The notes below the pieces were generated by a model. That model ran no database searches and was not told the DNA's origin. It saw only the letters and a list, made by a program, of their open reading frames with translations. From positions 178,832,057 through 178,896,056 of the forward strand of contig NC_092374.1 of the NCBI RefSeq assembly GCF_030028105.1: a stretch of 64,000 bases of DNA, written 5' to 3'. This DNA comes from Mobula birostris. Lineage: Eukaryota. The first letter of the stretch is position 1. Each line of letters begins with the position of its first letter. Shown one piece after another: positions 51,340 to 61,782 of the stretch. Position numbers and translations under genes: made by a program.

Positions 51340-51720
51340 GATTCTGTCGCAGGTGGATTCAGTTTCACATTTGTTTTGTTGTTTATAACAATAAATGTGT
51401 TCAGATTTGACAGGATTTCGTCAATATCAATCTAAGTACTGTTCCGGGATTTACCGAAGTTTCAGGTTCTCCTGCGGTAAGACCGGAGTCGAAAGCGCAG
51501 GCCAATTGAACTCTGAGCGATGACAGGGCTATGTTGGTTTCAGGGTGTAGGAACAAAAGTCACTTGGACTGGAGCCTGAATCGGTAATTCCGGGAATCCG
51601 TCAGATTTCTCTCTAAGCGATTTGGGAAATTAGTATAAAGATATAGCATGCGCATTTGCGCAGCTGAACGGGAGGGCGGTGACTTGTGTCAGTAACAGGC
51701 TGTGTGACTCATCGGATATT
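51340..51720. promoter_or_regulatory. CpG-rich regulatory element upstream of B2M (enhancer or divergent promoter)
   Basis: GAS TTCCGGGAA at 51588-51596; NRF1-like GCATGCGCATTTGCGCA at 51646-51662; GC box at 51674-51679; AP-1 TGACTCA at 51705-51711; ISRE-like CAGTTTCACATTT at 51360-51372. Local CpG enrichment. Confidence 0.5.
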
Positions 51721-52639
51721 TATCCCAGGTCTGCAAACCTTGTGTTCCCTGTAAGAAGAAATGCAAAACAAGAAATGTTTAGAGCAGTTTTTAACATTAA
51801 TATTGGGTAACCAGACCATTGCCAAAGGATAAACCCTAGCTGAGATTTTTTTTTTAGCATCATAGTTGGGTAACCGGGGTCATTGCAAAAGGATAATAAC
51901 TAGGTGAGAGTTTATAACATAAATGTCTAATTTAATGTATAATTCGAGTTTATTGTCATATGCGCAAGTACAGATATACACAAGTGCAATAAAAGCTTAT
52001 TTGTAACAGTATTACAGGCAAATAGCAACAAAACATAAATTCTACAAGTATGCACATACGACAAAAAGTCCATTTATCCTTGGATAATCTGAATCATATT
52101 TCGTTTCCGTATTTATCTTCCTATTATGTCTTTTTCTCTCTCGATTTGCAGAAATATCGTTTTGTATATGATGTTTATTTTATCGTGTAAGTTTCATAAA
52201 ATGCATGTTAATTTAAGTTCATGTCAACTTATGTACTGTGCTGCTGATGCAAACAATCTAATATTCATGCCATTTGTACATTTTCAGTACATTTGTACAT
52301 TTCAAGTTTATTGTCACAGGAGACTGCAAAATGGTAACTACCTAGTTAATTTTTTAGCATTATTGTGGTATGATCTGAGGCATTTTAAATGGATAAGGTG
52401 TAACTGAGCTCTGACGAGTAACGGATATACTGAATAAGCTCACCGTCCTATGAAAACACTAGAATTGGCTAGAATCCAACTGCCTCGGAATAATTATTCC
52501 ACAAATACATGATTTATGAAATTCCAGCAAATCACTCTAATGTTTTGCTTGAATGTTTCATACTGTGCCTAAAGTAGATTTGTCAATGCTGTGACACAGG
52601 CAGTCGGAATTGCAGAGTGACTTTCCTTATTAAATTTTC

Positions 52640-52912
52640 TTAAGAGATCGCCGAGGGTCGCGTCTGAACGATCCGCCCTCGTTTCCCGGTCCGCAAACTC
52701 TACCGAGATCTTTCACCCGGAGACTGATGATGCGTATATTCTAAATATTACCATTGGTTGTGCCGAGGCAAAAGGGCGGAGTGCCGTTTTCTTATTGGTA
52801 CCGGGCGGCCGGTTGGTTTCGCATAATCTGAGGGTGCAAGCGCGAGTGATCAGTCGCGGAGACCAAGAAGCGAATTTCTTTCTAGTAGCTGGAGTGTGCC
52901 GTGTGTCCGAAA
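52640..52912 (+). promoter_or_regulatory. B2M proximal promoter / CpG island with MHC-type X-Y module
   Basis: X1-like CCCGGAGACTGATG at 52716-52729 followed by ATGCGT; Y box ATTGG at 52753-52757; second ATTGG at 52794-52798; GC boxes at 52774 and 52803. Directly upstream of the signal-peptide ATG. Confidence 0.75.
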
Positions 52913-52964
52913 ATGATGCTACGTGTTCTGATCCTGCTCTCTCTCGGGTTGATTTGTGCGGCGA
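52913..52964 (+). CDS. B2M: Beta-2-microglobulin exon 1 (signal peptide MMLRVLILLSLGLICAA, phase-1 donor)
   Basis: Hydrophobic leader followed by a perfect GTAAGT donor at 52965. The leftover A joins the GT of exon 2 in frame (AGT, Ser). Absent from the ORF track. Confidence 0.88.
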
Positions 52965-53399
52965 GTAAGTAAATTTATAAACTCGAAATTTTGCAGCTGC
53001 TGGAAATACTGAGTGATTGAAATATTGATACATTTAAGTGTCTGGAAGAACTCAGCAGGTCAGCCAGCGTCTGTGGAAAGGAATAAACCGTCTATCTTTC
53101 GGGTCGAGATTGATGAAGGATCTCAGCCCGAAACGTCAACTTATTCCTCTACGTAGATGCTACTTGACCTACTGACTTACTCCAGCACTGAGTAAATTTG
53201 TCGTTTTGGGTCTGTAGGGATTAGGCAGGGTTGGGAAAATTCTCGGGTCCTATTTGGCCCTATACTCCAGTGCCCGCTCACTGAAAGAATACCCTAGGTC
53301 CGGATTCTTAAGTCTTCGTATCAAAGGCGACCTCCCCATTTACGCTAACGCCCCAAGACCTGTGTCTGGGCTTTATTAGCCTTCGCTCAAAGAGTCCTC

Positions 53400-54690
53400 C
53401 ACCTAACCTGTTACACCCACGTCCCCTCTCTGCTCTCTGAAAGATTTACCCATTAGCTCTATTGCCCCATGACGCTCTTGAAAGGAGAACTTCGCATTAC
53501 ACCCAATGCCCCCACAGCGCTCTGGAAAGCAATCCTTCCCACTGGGTGTAATGCTCAATTCCACCTCTGGTGAAACACCTTTCCATAATGTCCCATTCCC
53601 TCTCTCTGACCTTCCCACTGGTCTTAATGACCCTTGCCCTCTCTCAAAAGAAGTTGTCCTCATTAATACCAATACCTCGTGTCCCCCTCCGATTAGAGCT
53701 AATTCCCCGGGCAGGAGCCCCCACACCCCTTAAATCCCAATGTCCCATGATCTCTTTTCCAAAGGACCCTTAACCAGACTTCCCTCTCCCTCAGACCCAT
53801 CAAATGTTATTTGTCCCAGTATCCCATGCATGCTCCTTTTTTTGGAAGGAATCCCTGTTCCAGTGTCACATGCCCTGCCATCACCTTAAAACCTCACGTT
53901 TATTCTCTCCTGGAGAGAACACTGCCTCTGGCCATCTGCCCCATGCCTTCAACCTGCATCACCTTTGGAAAGAATCCCTCCCATTATCCTGAATGCCCGG
54001 CTGTTGTTTCCTTCTTGATGGCCTGTCAGTTAACCCCATTCTCTGTGCCCCACTTTTGCCCCATTTGTAAGTGAGACCCACTGACCCTGGAGTTGGAAAC
54101 TGTTCCTGGGGCTAGGGGGAATCGGGGAAAAGAGCTGTAGCATAGAACTGAATGTGGATGAATAGTGTTGAGATGGAAAGTAAATTCAAAGGGCTGAATG
54201 GTCTCTTGTTCCTTCTATTAGATGCAGTGGGCTTCCGCACTTTCTCTGTAAGAGCCCCAAATTACCCATCAACCTCAGTGCCCGATGTCTGGCACTTGCA
54301 CTTCCCATTCCCTCTGCTGTCCGTGTGTCCTTTGTTTCTGAAAGAGGCACCCATTACTCCAGAAACCCATGTCTTTAACTCTCAGAATACCTGCCCCATT
54401 AGTACACTGCCCCTCTGGAAAGACACACCATTAATACCTTCTGCCCCCCTCTGAATGTGTTCCCATTAATGTCCTGTGCCCCCTTCATCTTGGAAAGCCC
54501 TTACCCAGTCACTTTAGACCCTATGCCCATGCTCATTGTATTTGAAAGCAGTGTTGTCCAAAGCACCATGCCCTCTCTCTGAAATCTGGCCCCATTAACC
54601 TTAATGTTCCATGTCCTCCCCCTCACAGAGTGAGCTTCCAGTTAATCTAATGTCTGATGGAACCCCTCTCTCCCTATTGGATCTGTTGCC
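53400..54690. repeat. Highly degenerate pyrimidine-rich tandem repeat in B2M intron 1
   Basis: Recurrent CTCTG(G)AAAG..CCCATTAAT..TG(T)CCCC motifs at roughly 30-60 bp spacing. The period cannot be fixed by eye. Confidence 0.5.
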
Positions 54691-56491
54691 CCTGTGAAAA
54701 GGATGAATTTGTGAAGTGTAGAGGACTGGGTATGTTTGGGAACCAACAAGTGGAAATAGTTTTGGAATCAGTACTGTGCAGCAAGAAAGGGTTAATTAAT
54801 AAACTCTGGTAAAGGGGCCCAGAGGACATAACTTAACTGCAATACTACATGCAATTAGAAAGTGGTATGATTCAGACTGAAACCACAGTTTTTAATGCAA
54901 ATAAAATCAACTGTAAAATTATGAGGGGAGGGTTGGCCAGAACTAATTGGGAAACTCCGTTGGAGGATATGACCTCAAATGAGCCATGGTTTGTATTTAA
55001 AGGAAAAGTACATCACTTGTAAAACATTTCTTCAAGGCAGATAGAACTAACCAAAGAAGTGGACCCATCATAGATTATGGGATAAACAGCATAATTATTT
55101 GTAATTTATGTAAATGTTTTATGTCTTTGCATTGTAATGCAAATTTCACAATATATAAGTCAGTGATCATAAACCTGATTCTGAAAGTTCAAAGTACATC
55201 TATCATCAAAGTATGTATACTATATACAAGCTTGAGATTCAGCTCCGTGTTGGCAAACTTGAAGATTGAGAATCTTTTAGAATTCAAAAAGAAATTCATC
55301 TAGAAATTGGTAAAGAAAGGCACATAGGGTAACATCCTGTAAAAGCTTATATAGTTGTGTAAAAAAGAAAACTAGCCTGGGCATGTGTGGAGCACAGTGA
55401 GAGCTGGGAGAATTTATAGCAAAAATCGAGCTGCTGGAGGAACTTAATAGATCAGGCAGCTTCCGTGGTGGGGGCTGGGGGGGGGGGGAAATAGGCAGCT
55501 GATGTTTTGGTCCAAGACTCTTCAACCAGACTAAATGAGTAGAGGGGAGATAGTATGAAGAAGTGGGCTGAGAGCTGACAAGCGATCGGTGGATCCAGCT
55601 GAGGAAAGTTTGATTGGCAGTTGAAGTCAGTTGGGGGAGGGAAAGTGTAGATAGGCTCGGAGGTGATAGGTGGAGGTGACAAAGGGCAGTCAGTATATGG
55701 TGGAATCTATTACCAAAGAAAGATGCAACATGGAGTCAAATAAGGGAGATAGGGCAGTCAGTTGCAAGAAAGTAAAAGAAATAAATATGAGTAAAAGGGA
55801 TAGAACTAAAAAGTAGTTCCTGAAAGCAGGTAAGTTCCAAAGATCCCATGATCTACATAGTGGACCTTTGAAGGGATGATGACAGTCTGGTTATCATCTA
55901 ACAAAATTTTGTAGATTCTGAAATGGACCTTGCAGACTGGAGTGTAGCAAATATGACCCCACCATTTAGGAAAGAAGGAGAGTGACAACTGGAAGCTACC
56001 AATCTGTTAGACTTACAGTACAATGGAACACGGGAAAATTGTGAGTTCTACAATAAAGTATGTAATATCAAGACACTTAGAAAATAATTTGACAAATTGG
56101 ACTCATCATAGATTGAAGAAAGTAAAATCCTGTTCAACAAATTTTATTGGTGTTACTTGAGATGTGTCAAATAAGGGGGATTCAGTGGGTGGGTAAGGTC
56201 CCACGCAGCAAGTTAGAACAGATAGAATTGAGGATAATTACATCTATGGATTGGAGTTGGCTAACACATAGGGAATAATAGGAATAAGTGGAATATCTGG
56301 TGGCTTACTTAAGGAAGGATGTGCTTGCTATGGAGGGACATATTGAGGTATAATAACAATTCACCTCACTGGTTACTGGGGTGGCAAGGTCTGTAATTTG
56401 AAAAGTAATTGAGTGCTCAAAGCTTTATAAGTATAAGGGCTCGACAGTGTTTATATCAGGAGGATGTTTATACTGGCTAAAGAGCCTAGAC

Positions 56492-57300
56492 CAGCGGTCC
56501 ACAACCACCGGGCCGTAAAGCATGTGCTACCAGGCTGCGAGGAAACGATATGAGTCAGCTGCATCTTTACTCATTCCCTGTCACGCACTGTTGAACTTGA
56601 ACATAGGGTTGCCAACTGTCCTGTATTTGCCGGGACATCCCGTATATTGGGCGAAATTGGTTTGTCCCCGTATTTCCCCCGCTAAGGTAGAGCGTTCCTA
56701 TGAAACCTTTTGTGCCGAAATGGTGTGAAGTGAAGAAGCAATTACCATTAATTTATATGGGAAAAATTTTTGAGTGTTCCCAGACCCTAAAATAACACTA
56801 GCATATAGTAAAAGCAGGAATGATATGAAAAATACACAGCCTATATAAAGTAGAAATAATGTATGTACAGTGTAATCAGGAAGATTAAGCCAAAACCGAT
56901 TTGTGGGGGGAATAAATTGGCATGTACGCGCATGTGCACGTCACATATGCACACACAGGAGCCTGCGCAAGGCTTCATGGTCATGGTAGTCTTTATCAGG
57001 GTAAATACAAGCGTATCGTCAACACACGCAAAAAATGCTGGTGAACCCGGCAGGCCAGGCAGCATCTATAGGAAGAGGTACAGTCGACGTTTCGGGCCGG
57101 GACCCTTCGTCAGGATTCGACTGCTATTTTTGTCCCTTATTTGGGAGTGAGAAAGTTGGCAACCCTAACTGTAAAAGATGTTGAGGTGAGTTTAACCCTA
57201 ATTGAACTTGAACACCCTGCCCTCCCACTGGTCGGCCGGTCCGCAAGAATATTATCAATATTAAACTGGGCCACAGTGCAAAAAAGGTTGGGGTCCCCTG
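56492..57300. mobile_element. hAT-Charlie-type non-autonomous transposon (composite)
   Basis: TIRs CAGCGGTCCACAACC and GGTTGGGGTCCCCTG; 8-bp TSD GCCTAGAC / GTCTAGAC (NTCTAGAN type). A second, internal TIR pair TAGGGTTGCCAACT (56604) and AGTTGGCAACCCTA (ends 57167). Confidence 0.85.
57081..57117 (-). ncRNA. Minimal type-I hammerhead ribozyme motif in a Penelope-derived repeat
   Basis: Minus strand reads AATC-CTGACGA-A-GGG TCCCGG CCC-GAAAC-GTC-GACTG. Catalytic core intact, loopless palindromic stem III, but stem I is partly lost. Confidence 0.5.
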
Positions 57301-60300
57301 GTCTAGACCTAGAGTCACATTCTCCAAACTAATGTGTAGTTACATGAGTGCATGAGAATTATCTTCACAGAGTGGCTGGTGTGCCTTTGAAATTCTCTGC
57401 CCCAGAACTGTAGAGGTTTAGTCATTGGTACATTCAAAACAGGTTGCTAGATTCTGGTGAACTGAGGGAATTGAGAGATATGGGGTTAGTCTAAGAAGAT
57501 GGTGTTAAGATAGAAGACCAGAGGCAATGTTGTTGAATGGAAGAACAGACTGGAGGGGCTGAATGGTGTGCTTCACGTTTAGTTTCTCTCTATTAACTTC
57601 AAAGCCACTTCACCCTCTTACTGAAAGCTCTGCAGTGTCTGTATTGTCTTTCCTCTTTTTGAAGGCTCTCAAGTAGTTCCAGTGCCCCACTGCCCTTTCT
57701 CTGAAAGAGTTCCCTCATAGTCTAGGTCCTTATCAAAGTGCCAGTTGACTGAACCTTGGACTGTATCAGGCGGCAGTGTGTCATAATTACTCTCCACAGT
57801 TGGCCGTAGGTGTTTGTGCAATACTTGGCAAGCATTTTTATTGCATTTCCACACTTAAGTGTTATGAAGAAACCATCCCTAAAACAGATTCCTTTAGCAA
57901 ACTGATTTTAACTATGTATGTATTTGTATACAGTAGATGTGTATGTGTGTATACATTATTGTGTCTTTAATGCAGTGTGAACAGAATCCATTGCCATGAT
58001 CTGACATTGATACACAAGGGCTTCATACAATATCCGTATTTCCCTATTTCCTTCTAACATATCAGTCGGCCATTCTGCCTGTCAAGTCTGTCCTAGCTCA
58101 CAGAGCAATCCCATTCCTCTACTGATTTTTATGGTAATCAATTCTGGATTGCCTTCAGTTCCACCACACACTTGCACATTAGGAGCAGATTACAGTGTGT
58201 AAATCTTGTGTGCCTTCGTGATGCTCATTCACCACAACTTCAAACTTGCCTGCCTTGTTTAGATTTCAGTTTAAGATTTTAAATTCATCTTTCTTCACAT
58301 AGCAACTTCACTTTTTTTTGTATCTCCTGAGCTGCTGTTCGTACATGACTTCACAATATTTTTGATTTTTGTGTGGCTCTTCTATGGCTGACAGACCCTG
58401 ACTAATATACGAACAACTTCATTAAGTGGGGGGAGTGAGGATCTTGGCACAGTGAATAAATATTCTGATGAAACTCTGAATATCACTCAGGTTGGACCAT
58501 CAGACTTTCTGGACTTTTGGATATTCTTTTAATTAATACCTCAATGTACATTTAATTCAGTTTTTTAAAAAAGAGATTACATAGTATTATACTAGGTTTC
58601 CCTTGAAACAATTAAGCTTAAAGAGAGTGCAGAAACTCGGGCTGCAGTAGTTGGAAAAAAGAGCACAGGAACTGGGTGCCGGAGAGTGGAAAAGAAATGT
58701 GTTAGTAAGTGAACCAGATGTTGAAGTGTTGGATTTTCTAAATAGCATATCATTTATGCTTTACTATGGTTGTAAAGTTTTGATTTGTTGATTCTTGGAA
58801 TTGAGTGTGTGTGGGGGGGGTGAGGGGGTTGCTCTATAAATCAGAGTTTGTTACCCCCCCCACCACCACCTTGAGAAGACAGTCATAAGCAACCTTAAAC
58901 TACCACCTTCTGTTTAGCGAGTGCACCTGCCCTATGTAAGGTGTCCGAGGATGGTAGGTCAGGTGAGTGCATGATAAAGTAATCTCTCATCACCTAGTGT
59001 TCTGGCCTAAATAGTTCCCTTTCAGTGGCCTAAATCAAAACTAGAAAACAGTAGAATCAGTTAGTTGGTGGCACCTGTAAAGAGAGAAACAGGGTTGAGT
59101 TTCAGGTTGGTAAGTTGAATTGGGGAAAATTAGTTAACAGGCATATATGGTGAAGTGGGGTGGATGGAAGAACACCACCCCAATCAACGTATAAGGCTCC
59201 ATTGTAAATGGATGCCACAGATTGGAATAGACTAGCAGAGGATAGAAGGATGTTGATTTGACAGGAGGAAGTGAAAATGGAGAAGGTGCTGAGGAAAGAA
59301 ATAAAGACAAACTCTTCATTGTGAAATGTGCAATACCAAATGTAGCATCTACTGGAAATCTGAAATAAGGGAATCTATTTGGAGAGCCCAAAGAGAAGAA
59401 TACTGTCTTCAGAAGTGGTCAGGGAATGAAAAGTGAAAAAATGCAGATACTGGAAATCTGAAATATAAACAGAAACTGTCAGAAACATCCAGATCAGGCC
59501 TCATCTACAAAAGGAAGGAAACATAATGGTCCACATCAAAATCATGAGCAGTCACAGATCTGAAACACCAAACATACCTCCTTCCTCATAGATACAGCCC
59601 AATCTACCAAGCAGTCCCTGCTTCCATTGAAATTGATAATGTCTAACACAAACTGGAAAGCCCGGCTATCTGAAATTGTTGAATTTGACATTGAATAACC
59701 TATTCAGATGAAAATTGATATAAAAGTAAAGACATAGAGTCAGAGTGAGAATGCTGTGGAAATTTACAAGATGTAGGAAGTTGAAGGTTATTTTTGTGAA
59801 CTGAACAGAGCGGTCCTGCCAAATGGCCACTCAGTCTGCAGTGGTTGCCGAGGAAACCATGTTGTTCAAGTTTCAAGGTAAATTTATTATCAAAGTACAT
59901 ATATGTCACCATATACAACCCTGAGATTTGTTTTCTTGTAGGCATATTTAGTAGGTACAAGAACCATAATAGAACCAGTGTAAGACCACATTGCACCCAA
60001 CAGGGTAGGAAACAACCAATGTGTAAAAAACAAACTGTGCAAATTCAAAGGATAAAAAATAAGCAACAAACATCAAAAATGTGTGATGACGTGCCCTTGA
60101 AAGTGAGTGCATAGGTTGTGGGAACAGTTCAGTGATGGGTAAATGAAGTTCAGTGATGGGTAAATAAAGTTAAGTGAAGTTATTCCCACTGGTTCAAGCG
60201 CCTAGTGGTTGAGGGGTAATAACTGATCCTGAATTTGCTGGTGTGAGTCCTGAGGCCCCTGTACCTCCTTCCTGGTGGCAGCAGCAAGAAGAGAGCATGA

Positions 60301-61009
60301 CCTGCATGGTGGGGTTCCCTGATGATGGATGCTACGTTACTGCTACAGCATTCCATGTGGATGTGCTCAGTGGAGGAGAGGGCTTTACCCATGATGGACT
60401 GATCAATTTAGCATGGTCAACACCATGTTAAATGGTGCAGGTAGACATCAGCTTCACTTGGAAGGAGCCTTTGACACCCAAGTTGGTGAGAAGGAAAGGG
60501 ATGAGAGGGTGAGTGCTGCATTTCATGTAGTTCGTGGTTCATGGTGGAACGATGTATTGTGAAGGGCAGTTGGTTGGATGAGTTTGGGCCGTGAGATTCA
60601 ACGAGGAGACAGGAATCCACAAGAGGGGTGAAATATGTCTGGTGGTAGATGATGTATTAAATTTGGACACTGGACAGTTAGATGGAGAAGGGGTTGGGGA
60701 ATGTTTTAATTTCTCTGACCAGGATGTGGAGAAGTTGGAAGCATAATGGCTGCAATGATTACCAGTGATATCGATTACCAAGGAAGGACAACAGTGACAG
60801 CGGAAAAACATTACCAATAGATTCCTGACTTGTCATACATCAGCCAATTAAGAAATATATCACCTAGCCTTCATTATGAGTCTAAATCCTGAAATGTCTG
60901 CTCCAACAGCATTGTGGGAGTGCCTTTAACAAAAAGACTAAAATTATTGTAAAAGAATATCATTTTATCTGAGGGAAAAAAATTGGGTGTTGCTAGTGAT
61001 ATCTGATTT

Positions 61010-61260
61010 TCATCATCATCATCATGTGCCATGCCCAGTTTGAGCTTTGACTGCCATGGCCCACACACTCCTGTTTCGGGTCAAGTGGATCAATTCATTG
61101 GTATTCATTTCCAGTTCTCTGGCTGCTGTCGCCATCATCATTTGTCTTTGTTTTCTTCTTGCTTTCTTCCCTTCAATCTTTCCCATAATTACCATGCATT
61201 CTAACTCCACTTTGCTAATCACATGTCCAATGAAGTTACGTTGCCATTGGACATGTGATT
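61010..61260 (-). mobile_element. RTE-like LINE 3' end with (GAT)n tail
   Basis: VIMGKIEGKKARRKQR..RNRSVWAMAV, then CATCATCAT on the + strand. Confidence 0.7.
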
Positions 61261-61782
61261 AGGAAAGAGGAGTTAGAATGCACAGTAATTATGGGAAATG
61301 TTTTTCATACATAAATGAAATATAGGGGAAGCACCCAGATGGATTGTCTCGTGAGCAGGAACACAGGACAGGTAGAATAATTTTTCCAGGGGAATTGTCA
61401 AATACTAGAGGGCACAGGTTTAAGGTGAGATGGGGGAAGTTTAATGGAGACATTCAGTGCAAGTTTTCTTAAAGCAGAGAGTGGTGCGTGCCTGGAACTC
61501 AATGCTGGAATAGGTTCAGCAATGTTTAAAAGAAATTTAGCCAGACACATGAACAGGCAGAGAATGGAGGTGTAGAGAGCATATGCAGACAGATGGATTA
61601 GTTGGACTGGCATAATAGTCGGCCAGACATAGTCAGCTGAAAAGCCTGTCCTGTGCTACACTAGTCTATGTTCTAGGGGCAAGCTTGTGATGGGATTTTT
61701 AGTGTAGGAGACTCATAATGATACCAGAATTTGAATGGACTTTATTACATGCACTCACTGTGACCCTCCTGTGTATCTGCAG

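Noticed and set aside
52487-52500. Perfect 14-bp palindrome GGAATAATTATTCC upstream of B2M
   Set aside because: AT-rich palindromes of this size can occur by chance in 64 kb, and no factor could be assigned.
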